From the NCBI GenBank assembly GCA_965153355.1, contig OZ231126.1, forward strand, positions 39,618,001 to 39,682,000: a stretch of 64,000 nucleotides of DNA. Direction: 5' to 3'. Below are positions 53,346 to 64,000 of the stretch, one piece after another; within the stretch, counting starts at the first letter, position 1; every line of letters begins with the position of its first letter. This DNA comes from Flaccisagitta enflata. Lineage: Eukaryota. The notes beneath the pieces were generated by a model. The model was not told the DNA's origin and ran no database searches. It was given only the letters and a program-made list of their open reading frames with translations. Made by a program: the position numbers and the translations under genes.

Positions 53346-55529
53346 GAAAAGGTGAATAATCAGCCGGTTTACGTGGCCCTTGACCTAATTAACCTATAAA
53401 AAGCTTCCATTTATATCCCATTGTTAAAGACTATTAAGTTTTATGACTACTTATCGTGAACCAACGTGAAAAGATAAGAGCATTGTACCCACCCTTACCC
53501 CGTGAATCGTCATGATTGATATTTTGCATCTGACATGGTAGAAGCCTTCAGCTCTTAGGTTAATGTATTTTGGGCATTGTTATTCCTGACAGCGGAACAA
53601 AAAACTCATAGATAAAAAGATAAGGTATAAGCTTAAAAAAGTCTCAGTAATAAGACAAAACGCAGTATTCTATATATCATTTTTTAGTTGGTTGATTGGT
53701 TACTTACTTTCTCTCTGTTTTGTGCCTCTACCCAACCACCCGCGGATATATGAGACTGGGTTTTCCTGTTTTTTTTTCAATCTCCCTGAAATGATTCCTC
53801 GAGAAATGTCACAAGAACAATTTTGATAACGCTGTAATTCAAGTCTTATCAGGCTCAATCTCGCCTATTTTTTTGACTCAGCTTCTTTTTAACTACAAAC
53901 AAAATTTTCATTTGGCCTGTTTATGGATCATCTCAAACCTCTGCAAGAACCTCTTTGTAATCGATATTTGATGGCAGAGACAGGGTGTCTCAAAATTGTC
54001 ATGTTACCATACCATAAGAAGCTCAAATGGATGTAAAAAGGAATCTCATAGTAAGCAAATTGAAAACTAAAACAATGAAGAAGACACTGGATTCCAATAA
54101 ATTGGTTAAATTTAGTAGGCATCCAATATGGCAAGAATCCCAGGATTCAGGGCACATCGGGGGGCCATAAGCTGTCTTAACTTTCGGTTTAGACGCCAAT
54201 TTCACCTTGTTAAATTGAAAATCATGAAGCGCCTGTGCCTGTGTCATCATCTATAAAGAAATCACTAGCAAAAGTTGTTCTTCTGCCTTCTTCTTGCTCT
54301 CTGTTTTAGCGGCCCTCTAGGAGCACAAAGCAGAAAACGCAAAAAACAAATGAACATGGCAGCGGCAGCGTCAGGAGCAGCGGCAGAGGATTTAAAAACA
54401 AGCTGCAGTCTCTTGATCTTTGAGGAATTTATGATAATAGTACACATTTAAAACTCAAAGGCGCAGTATGTTTTACTTTGAACCAAGCATTGTCCACTTA
54501 CACACAGCAAGTTAAGACAGCCCCTCATTCACTTATCCGAATCTTTCACTGGTGCTATGCGTTTTTAGCTTAAAATTTCCTGCCTACATTTAGTCACTTA
54601 TCATTTTTCTATGGAATCAAATGAAAATAGAAAGGATCAATTCATTCAAAAGGATAGTTGCGCCAAAGACCCAGGCCATCTTTGGGGTATAAATGAATAA
54701 ATCGACGAGGTCTTTTGTCTTACAGACTTTCTAAGCGGGGTTTTATTTAGGGCTAGGGGAAGGGTCAGGGTTAGGGACGGGGTTGGGGATAGGGTTAGGG
54801 TTAGCGTTAGGGCTAGGTCAGAGTTGGGTTTTATACATCACAATCCAAATCTGCTCGAACTAACGCTTCGCCCTTGCGTGAAAACCCCCCAAAAAACATA
54901 AGATTTGAATCGTTTTAGAAAAGACTTCCAAGAGACGGCAGCATAACAAATGCAGCAGTAATTGTGGAGACTTAGATATTAGAAGTCTTGCAAATACTCG
55001 AATATTAATACACTTCTTAAAGGCTGTTTCTATAATCTCCTTTTTGTGAGATGGCAATATAGGTCAATTTAAAAATTGAGAAAATTTGACAAAAACATTT
55101 ATGATAAGATAGCTTATGTCAATATGAACATGGTTCAAAAACTGAATTTTGTTACTGATCCTTGATTTTCAAGTAAATTAGGCTGAAATGCAACAAATAA
55201 TGATTGAAAATAATCAGAAATTGGGTTGTTATAGTCAGCAAAACCAAAAAAATGGGAATATTTTACTAAATCACAGTTCAAGAATTCAATCAGACCCGAT
55301 TCTGCTGAAAAACATTGAGATTTCAATTTTTTTTGAAAATTCTCTATTAGCAGCTTTTTTGGCTGGTTGGGCCAGCTGGCAAAAATTTACTGAATCTTTT
55401 GGCAACTATCAATTTAAGTGGGCATTCTCTGAAAGAACCACTGTGCAAAATTTCAGCCAAATCGAACAAATATTTTAGAAGTTATGCCGTTTTTTAAAAT
55501 TTTTGAGTACAAAATCCGGACATGCCAAT

Positions 55530-56557
55530 GTGGCCATTTTGACCTAATTTTTAGGCCCCCTAGGGGTAGGGGTAGTCACAAAAAATGGTTCGGCAAGGTA
55601 ATCTGGGTAGTTAGGGAGCCAACATTAAAAACTTGTCACACTGCAATAAACATTGCAGTAACACTGTTACTCTGTTTGTAATAGTATCAGTACATTATTG
55701 ATCCATGCAAAAAATATTTCGTCTCTCTCAGAGGGTTTCCAAGATATGGGCATTTCATGATTTTTTTGGTTTACCATTTTTCTGGGAGTGCATACATGCA
55801 CCGATAACAAAGAATGAACTACGAAGATTCATCGTGAAGCGTGATAATTCTGCAACAATTTACTGACCAATCACATTGAAAATTTCATTATGGCTGAATG
55901 CCCGGGAGTTAAAACTTGAAATTTTCAGTGTAGATGCAAAATTTCATGCTCTTTCTCATCGTTTTATCCAAATTTCTATCATCAGTTTCACTATGGCATG
56001 ACAGTGACAGACTTAAAGTGTGACATAAGTGTGACAGAAGAGCTGGGGGGTGTGCGGAATAATCACGCTTGAAGAAAAGTGTCATTACGCGGGATTAGGG
56101 TGTCACGGTGGCATGAAATTTGGAGCATATGTCCTTCAAGTAGTCCTCTATTAGACAGAAACCTGAAAAGTGATTAACTTTGAGAATTAATAGTGTTTTA
56201 AAAAAAGATAATTGGCATAATCAGATTTTGCCATGAAATGGCAAAAAAATTAGAAGGATCAAAATTTGATGATAATACAATATTTGAACAACTTAACATT
56301 TGCGCAGTGAGATGAAATTTTTTGTACATCACATCGGATTGATGATAACTGATTAAAAGCTGAGAAATGATCAGATAATCTATTTTTTGATAGGTTTTGC
56401 TTGTTATTTGCCAATGTCGCCATTTTCACCTAATTTTTAGGCCCCCTAGGGGTAGGGGTGTCACAAAAAATGGTTTGGCAAGGTAATCCGGGTAGTTAGG
56501 GAGGTCAGCCAACATTAAAAACTTGTCTCACTGCAATAAACATTGCGGTAACACTGT
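55530..56557. repeat. ~140-bp direct repeat pair (~55530-55670 and ~56418-56557) within a probable old DNA-transposon derivative
   Basis: GCCATTTT.ACCTAATTTTTAGGCCCCCTAGGGGTAGGGG..TCACAAAAAATGGTT...CTGCAATAAACATTGC.GTAACACTGTTA occurs twice. Confidence 0.85.
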
Positions 56558-58998
56558 TAACGTGGTGGTAAGTCGGGTTCTCGCGTCAAAAAGAGATTAT
56601 GACATAAGCCTTATAGTCCAGTCTCTTAAAGGAATAAAAAAAAAGAACTCGGCGTTTTTGGGGCAAAGCGTGAAAATTTGCATACGGGGTCAGTTTTTCG
56701 TGCCGAACAAGACTAGACGGGGTACACGTCTGATTTTTAAGTGTACCCCGTTCAAAAACGCGATTTTTTGTCCAAAAAACACTTTGAAATGGCGCTGACG
56801 CCAAACCAGTTGACGGATGACCATAAAAATTTACGTGAAGAAAAATATGCCTTTTTTCTACTTGCATGCAAAATTTCAGCAAAATCGGTTCAGTAGAAGC
56901 GAAGATATTGCCGTTTAAAGTTTAGGCCTATTTTCAAAAAAAGGGCTATATTTCAATTTTGGGGTAAAATTGTGTTTTTTTGAGCTGGAAGTCTGAAATT
57001 GGTTTCACTTGCATATATTACCCTAATTTACTCTAAAAACAAAAAAAAAATGAAAAAATCCCAAGTTTTTTCCATTTTATGGCAAAAAAACCACAAAATT
57101 AGGTCTCAAAATTTTGTCCTGGTTTTCAAAAAGGGCTAGTGCAAGGAAAATATTGAAATCATTGGCGCCCACTCAGGGAATCTATTGTCATAAAGTGTAC
57201 CAACTTATTCACAAACTTTCAGAGGGGTACATTAACCCAAAAAGACAAAATTTAATTTCAAATATTTAAAAAATGCGACCCAAAATTTTGCATTTTTGGA
57301 CCCCCAGGGACATTTGGTAACGCTACGGCCAAACGCTTTGAGTGATTTGCCTAAAATTTTGCATGCAAGTCCCAATATGTTAAGGGCATATCTGTGCCAA
57401 ATTTCAGCTTTTGAATCAAATAACAAAATTGATTTTTTGGCTTGAAAATCCAGAAAAAAGGTCCAAAACGGCAAAATTTTGGTTTTTTAGCCATAAAACG
57501 CTCAAATTTTGTGTCACATGTCTGAAATTTTGCACAGGGACTCCCTTTAGGATTGCCCATAAGAGGGAAAAAAAATTTGACCAAGTTCTCAATCAATTTG
57601 GGTGAAATGGGCAAAAGTTTAAAAAATCATTTTTCAAAAATTTGCAAAAATCATAAAACATGGCTATTTCTTGGAAAAAATTTCAAAAAAATCCAAACAC
57701 TATTGGGAACAAATCAACATACACATATTTACTTGTATGTCAAATTTTATGGCACTCCTCCAACTGAAAGACATGAAAAATACCTTAAAAATCTTGAAAA
57801 ATAGGTCAAAAAATTCTTCGTTTTTGGGTACCTGGGTACATTTTGTACCGCTATGGCCAAACGCCTTAACCCATCTGCACAAAATTTTGCACACTAGTTC
57901 TCAACTACTAAGAGAGTCTCCATGCCAAATTTCAGCCTCCAACTCAAATTTTAAATACAAATTTTAAGCTATATTTTCCTCAAAAAGAGCAAAAAAATGC
58001 AAATTTAAAGCGTTTTTTGGCCGTAAAACACTCAATTTTTGGGCTACATGCCTGAAATTTTGTCTGTAAGTCTACCAGTAATAGGAAATTACCCATGCCA
58101 AATATCGACCTAGTGCTCAAATTCTAAGTGTTTTTTTTTTTACCAAAAATTCAATAAAATGGCTTAAAAATACAAAATTATGGCTTCTGTAAGCCGTAAA
58201 TCACTCAATTTTTAGACAAAGTGCCTAAAATTTTGCATGCAAGTACCCTAGTGTAAAAAAAATATACAAGCAAAATTTCAACTTCCTTTCAGGATACTAA
58301 GTGTGACCTTTTTGCCAAAAAATCTCAAAAATAGCCCTAAAAAGGTAAATTTTTAGCATTTTTTGGCTTTAAAAAGCTTATCATTGAGGCTACACGGATG
58401 AAATTTTGCACTAAAAGTCATTAGTGATAGGAAAGTTTCCTGGGAAATTTCAGCCCAAATTCGGGCCATAAGGCTCAAATCCCAGCCCTATGATTCAAAT
58501 CCCAACCCAAACGTCCAAATCTCTGTTGCTAGAAGGAGAAGGAGAAATTTCCTAATGCCTTGCTCCCTTCCTGAACATTTATCACAACCTACTTAGGCAG
58601 GGCACGGGTACTGCAAATATCTCAAAATCTATCCTGTCTGAATACACTGGGTTACTCTAGATAGGATTTGGTACAGAACACCACTTAAATGAATTATGAA
58701 AAAAATCAAGCCTGGAAAGCCTGGAAAAGCCTGGAAAAAAGTCTTTGGACTTTTATTGCTTTGGTTGTTATGAATCTAAATGAATTCACTCCTTCATTCA
58801 TTCAACAAATTTATTGTTTTAAATTCAAAATATCAACAAGGCCAAAAGATAAGATGCAATCAAACTGCACAATAAATTAGAGGCATCAATCAAAGAATTG
58901 AATAAATAAATCAAGAAATGATTAATTGATTGTTAAAACAAATAAGGCCAACACCTATAAGTCGCATGCAAGACTTACATAATTACTTAAATATACAA

Positions 58999-61005
58999 TA
59001 GGACAGGGGTTCTGACACAGATTTTGGCAGATCCTTCTTGTTAATGGCACTTTGGCTCAAAATCAATGTAGTATTAATGTTCTGCCTTCAAAAGTCGCAT
59101 TGGGTATCAGGAAATTGTGACCGCCACCCCCCCACCCTCCCTCAGAAGGTGGTGACCTCCAAAGATTAAGCAATTTGCCTTCTTTTGCTAATAAATTCTA
59201 AATGGATCATTCAAAGAGCCTGGTGATGGTCTCATTTGAAAGGTATTTACGTGAAGAACATGAAAGATAACTGATATGAAAGAGGGGACCCAAGGGGGGC
59301 CCTTAAGGGGCCCCTAAAGTGATTGAAGGCGCCCCCAAAGCATCCAATACATGAAAATGTGCAATGATTTGTTAAAAAACTAGGTAATGGTGTCATTTAA
59401 AACGTTTCTACCCATAGAATATGAAAAATTACTGATATGGAAGAGGGGGCTCCAAAGGGGCCCCTAAAGAACCCCAAAGAGGTTAAAGGGGCCTTTGAAG
59501 GATCTATAAGCATGAAAATGTAGATTGGACTCTTTGATAAATCTGATTGTGGTGTTTTTGGAAGGTATCTATGTGGAGAACATGAAATGTTATTAACATG
59601 GAGGATGGGGTCCCTAGGTGGCCGCTTAGGGCCCCCAAAGGGCTTGAAGAGGACCCCAAAGGATCTAAAGTCTTGAAAATTTAAAATGAATTGTTCAATT
59701 AATCTGAAAATGGTCTCATTTAGAAGGTATTTACTTAAAAAACATAAAACATTACTGATATGAAAAAATTTGGTTTCCAGGGGGCCCCTAAGGAGTCGCT
59801 AGGGAGTAAAAGAGGGCCCTAATGAATCCAAAATCATGAAAATCTTGAATTGTCATAGTTTTCTCTAAAGGACAGACTGAAAAAAACAAACAGATAAGTA
59901 TACAGACAGACAGACACACAAAAAGACAGACACACAAAAAGACAGACAGACAAATGTGTCAAGATTGTCCCTTAATCTTGACACATAGGAGTTGAGATCC
60001 ATAACTGATTGCCCTGCTAAACTCAACTGAACTCCACACTCTGCACTCTCACTCTCTTGGTTTATCCGCCCATTTGTCTGTCTGTCTTTTCATCTGTCTC
60101 TCTGTTTGTATACCTATCTGTTAGTTTATTTCGGTCTGTCTTTTAGAGAAAACTATGACAATTCAAGATTTTCATGATTTTGGATTCATTGGGGCCCTCT
60201 TTTACTCCTTAGTGGCTCCTTTGGGGCCCCCTGGGAACCAAATTTTCCATATCAGTAACGTTTTATGTTTTTTATGTAAATACCTTCCAAATGAGACCAC
60301 TACCAGATTTTTTGAACAATTCAATTTAAATTTTCAAGAATTTAGATCCTTTGGGGTCCTCTTCAATCCTTTTGGGGGCCCTAAGCGGTCACCTAGGGAC
60401 CCCACCATCCTTGTCAATAACATTTCATGTTCTCCACATAGATACCTTCCAAAAACACCACAATCAGATTTATCAAAGAGTCCAATCTACATTTTCATGG
60501 TTATAGATCCTTCAAGGGCCCCTTTAACCTCTATGGGGTTCTTTAGGGGCCCCTTTGGAGCCCCCTCTTCCATATCAGTAATTTTTCATATTCTATGGGT
60601 AGAAACGTTTTGAATGACACCATTACTTAGTTTTTTTAACAAATCATTGCACATTTTCATGTATTGGATGCTTTGGGGGCCCCTTCAATAACTGTAGGGG
60701 CTCTCTAAGGTCTCTGGGATCCTTCATATCAGTAATCTTTCATGTTCTACACGTAAATACCTTTCAAATGAGAACATCACCAGGCTTTTTGAATGATCCA
60801 TTTAGAATTTAATATCAAAAGAAGGCGAATTGCTTAATCTTTAAGAGGTCACCACCTTCTGAGGGGGGGGTGGGGGGGTGGCGGTCACAATTCCTGATAC
60901 CCAATGCGACTTTTGAAGGCAGAACATTAATACTATATTGATTTTGAGCCAAAGTGCCGTTAACAAGAAGGATCTGCCAAAATCTGTGTCAGAACCCCTG
61001 TCCTA
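58999..61005. mobile_element. 2007-bp foldback non-autonomous hAT-like element with an 8-bp TSD (ATATACAA)
   Basis: atatacaa|TAGGACAGGGGTTCTGACACAG ... CTGTGTCAGAACCCCTGTCCTA|atatacaa. Arms of ~950 bp flank a ~120-bp spacer. Copy 1 has a single ATATACAA at the equivalent site (~39120-39127). Confidence 0.92.
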
Positions 61006-61421
61006 ATATACAACCATATAACTAAAATGACCTCCATTGAAGTTAATTGACTTAAGATGACTTCAAATGATTAAAAATGATTTAAAATGATTTGAAATGA
61101 TTTAGAATGACTAAGTTGACTTAATCTGACCTAAAATGACAAAAATGACTTGAGTGACTACAATGACTAAAACTGACTCAACATCATTTTGAATGACTTA
61201 AATTGACCAAGATTGACTTAAATTTCACTTAAAGTGATCTAAATTGACTTAGATTGACCTTAAATCATTAACATAACTAAAATGAATAAAATGACTCAAA
61301 CAACTAAAATTGACTTAAAATGGCCTAAAATGATCTTATTTGACTAGAAATGACCTAGTAGACTGAAAATCAGTTAGTAGGAATAAAACCAACCGACCGA
61401 CCGACCGACTGACCGACCGAT

Positions 61422-62258
61422 CATGAAGATGCAGACACCAGGATCATGCTTCATCTTCAGCACGCTCTCTCTCAAGGCATGAACAGGGCGAAAATCTTGA
61501 CGGTTGATTCAGATCTACTGGTGATTGCCCTTGGCGCATTTCACAGCCTGAATTCTAAGTATCATTTTGATGAAATAAGCATTGAATTTAAATCCAGGCA
61601 GACCCACCAATCAATCAGCTTGAAGACATTAGCCATCCAATTTGGTGAGCGGCTATGTCAAGCTTTGCCCTTTTTTCATGCTTTCACGGGCTCAGAGAAT
61701 ACATCTGCTTTCAAATTCCAAGGAAAAAAGAAAGCTTTGAATGTTTTGAGATCAAGTGAAAAGGCAGCAAAAACTTTTGCGGAGTTCTACTGCAATCCCT
61801 TTCAGGATCTGACAGAAGAAGATTCCAAATTCAAAGAAATTCAGCGCTTTGTGGTTCTCATGTATTCAAGAACATCAACTCTCTCTTCCGTCAATGAAGC
61901 TCGAATGGAGCTCTACTTTCAGCGTGACACACACAACATTGAGGCAATTCCACCAACAAGTAATTCTCTCCTTTTCCACACAAGGAGAGCAATCTATCAG
62001 TGTGGAACATGGAGCAAATGTTTGCTCCCAAGGCAAAACCTTCCCTCTCCAGTAAACTTTGGATGGATTGAGGTCAATGATCCCACTGTGAAATGGGAGC
62101 CTCTGTGGATGACAAAAAGTCAGGCAATCAAGGAAATGAGAGAGTTTGTCAAGTGCGGTTGCAAACAGCCATGTACCAGATGCAAGTGCAAAGATGCACA
62201 GCTCATTTGCACACTCCTCTGCGGATGTAACTGTGATAAGAAGGATTCCTATGAGTGA
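61422..62258 (+). CDS. Second copy of the truncated XPG-like plus CXC-like ORF (ATG at 61446, 270 aa)
   Basis: Protein identical to 39575-40387, with the same HEDADTRI upstream motif and the same (ACCG)n junction. Confidence 0.85.
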   Translation, partial: HEDADTRIMLHLQHALSQGMNRAKILTVDSDLLVIALGAFHSLNSKYHFDEISIEFKSRQTHQSISLKTLAIQFGERLCQALPFFHAFTGSENTSAFKFQGKKKALNVLRSSEKAAKTFAEFYCNPFQDLTEEDSKFKEIQRFVVLMYSRTSTLSSVNEARMELYFQRDTHNIEAIPPTSNSLLFHTRRAIYQCGTWSKCLLPRQNLPSPVNFGWIEVNDPTVKWEPLWMTKSQAIKEMREFVKCGCKQPCTRCKCKDAQLICTLLCGCNCDKKDSYE

Positions 62259-64000
62259 ATTGTCGTTATGGTGATTGAATGTTTCTTTGTCAAGAAAAAG
62301 ACACTCCTGACACTCAGTATTCACGTATAGCTGTGGCCATGAATTTATATGACCTTGCAGTAGAATTCTATATAATAACAGGTTTCTCTGTTGGTTTGCA
62401 CTATTCACAATTAAAATCTTAAGGTTAAAGTTGAGTAATTGAGCTTGAGGCATAGTGACAATTTTGGGATTTCTATTTTTACCATCATTTCAAAATCATT
62501 ATCTAAAATAGTATAATCATTATCCAATTTTTCAGTACAGGTCTTGAAGATTAAACTGTAGTTTTACAATTGTTGTCTTAGTCATATTTTTGATACATAG
62601 TGAAAAATGAAAAAAAATCTAAAAAATGCTAAACTTGCTAGAAATTCTAAAAAATAGTATGGATGGACCAACCAACCAAACAACCAACCAATGGACTAAC
62701 AGACCAAGGTGTAGACTCGTGTGCATGCGACTAAAAACAATGCAACACTGAAGATGATTAGATTTTTAGGTTTCCAAAATACACAATACTGAGTCTATTT
62801 TCTGAAGCTATGAACACAGTCTTATGATTTCATCCTTATTTTTTTTATTTGGTGTTTAAATTTTATAATGCTTGTTTTTGTCCCCTAGTAGTCATCATGT
62901 TTTTTATGTTTAAAATGTTTGATGTGTTAATGTTTAATGTCTTTATATTTAGATAAGTCAATGTTTGATATTTACTTACTTTGTTATTTTGATGCTTTGA
63001 AATTCTATTATGTTTACTATTTTAATGTTCTGATAATTAGATTCTAATTATCTATTGTGTTGATGTTTTAATGTTTATTTGTTTTCATATTGTGTCAACC
63101 AAGTGTAATCACTTTTTTGTGTTTGGTCAATTAGTTTCATTGATTCTTATTGTTAAATATCACTAATTTTCCTGACTTTTCCCATACCCATTTGTCCCAG
63201 ACATTTGCTTCTGCTTTTCTTTTTTTTTTGTTTTTATCTCATCTTTTTAAGTTGCTTGCTACGCAACTCTATACCCCACTTTGTCCATCAGTTGGTTGGT
63301 TGGTCGGTTGGGGCTTTGGGGCTTTTTAACTCATTGCCCCTTTTAAATACCTGAGTGACTTTCTCCACTGCCCCTGCCCACCCACATGCAAATGGGGTAG
63401 CCGTGTATCTGGTCTTGTTTATCAACAAAGCAGCACATCTTCCTAAGATAAAGAAAACTAACAATGGGGTATTTATAAACCATGAAAATTTTTCTGCAAA
63501 TAATGATACAATTGTCCTTTTATCACCCAGCTTAGAAACTAAGAAGGAACAAAGAACAGAAAACAAAGACAAAAGAACAAAGAATGAAGAACAATTAGAA
63601 AAGAACAAAGATCAAAGAACAATGATCAAGGATCAAAGAACAAAGAACAAAGATCAAAGAACCAAGAACCAAGAACCAAGAACCAAAAACCAAAAACCAA
63701 AAACCAAAAACCAAAAACCAAAAACCAAGAACAAAGAACAAAGAACAAAGAACAAAGATTTTCTTCATGATACTGTCTCACAAATACAAATACAATTTTG
63801 TGTTTTTGTGTCAAATACATGTTTCCTCATTGCTTACGTTGGGTAGACAGAATGACATTTGAAAAATTTCCAAAGTTAGAGAAAATCTCATACCAATTTA
63901 AAGTTGTATTCCAAGAAAACAACAAATTTCAGCAGTGGAAAATCTTATATAGTTAAAGATTGTTTACTTTACCAGTTTTTTCTCGTATTAAGAAGTCTCT

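Larger units (their letters stand above)
56614..64000 (+). mobile_element. Non-autonomous Academ (AcademX-like) transposon, copy 2, running off the window end
   Basis: tta|TAGTCCAGTCTCTTAAAGG has the same start as copy 1 but a different flank. Co-linear with 36398-~42105 apart from a 346-bp TIR deletion and a 2-kb insertion. Confidence 0.9.

Noticed and set aside
60155-60613. 152-aa ORF as a hAT transposase remnant
   Set aside because: It lies within one palindromic arm made of subrepeats and has no transposase motifs.
56614-64000. Segmental duplication or haplotype artefact of 36.4-42.1 kb
   Set aside because: Similarity begins exactly at the TAG terminus with unrelated upstream flanks, and the copies differ by a TSD-flanked insertion.

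Overview
AT-rich, repeat-dense eukaryotic DNA, most likely from an invertebrate animal; there is no prokaryotic gene organisation. Most ORFs in the supplied track are microsatellite or repeat translations. The main content is two young copies of an ~8.5-kb DNA transposon. Copy 1 (36398-44928) is complete, with TAG...CTA ends, a 3-bp CAT target-site duplication (TSD) and ~2.1-kb terminal inverted repeats (TIRs). Copy 2 starts at 56614 and runs off the window. Each copy carries only a 5'-truncated XPG/FEN1-like nuclease plus Cys-rich (CXC-like) ORF, which fits a non-autonomous AcademX element. Copy 2 also hosts a 2-kb almost fully palindromic hAT-like element with an 8-bp TSD, and copy 1 shows the empty site. 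Also present: a 1.5-kb Chapaev/CMC-like foldback MITE, a Tc2/pogo-like MITE, many DINE-1/HINE-like Helentron derivatives in two families, a Penelope-like RT fragment, a ~50-copy 112-bp satellite containing an Illumina adapter remnant (assembly artefact), and probably the last exons of a Thr/Ser/acidic-rich host gene at the window start. Family assignments come from motifs and termini read by eye, not from database searches.
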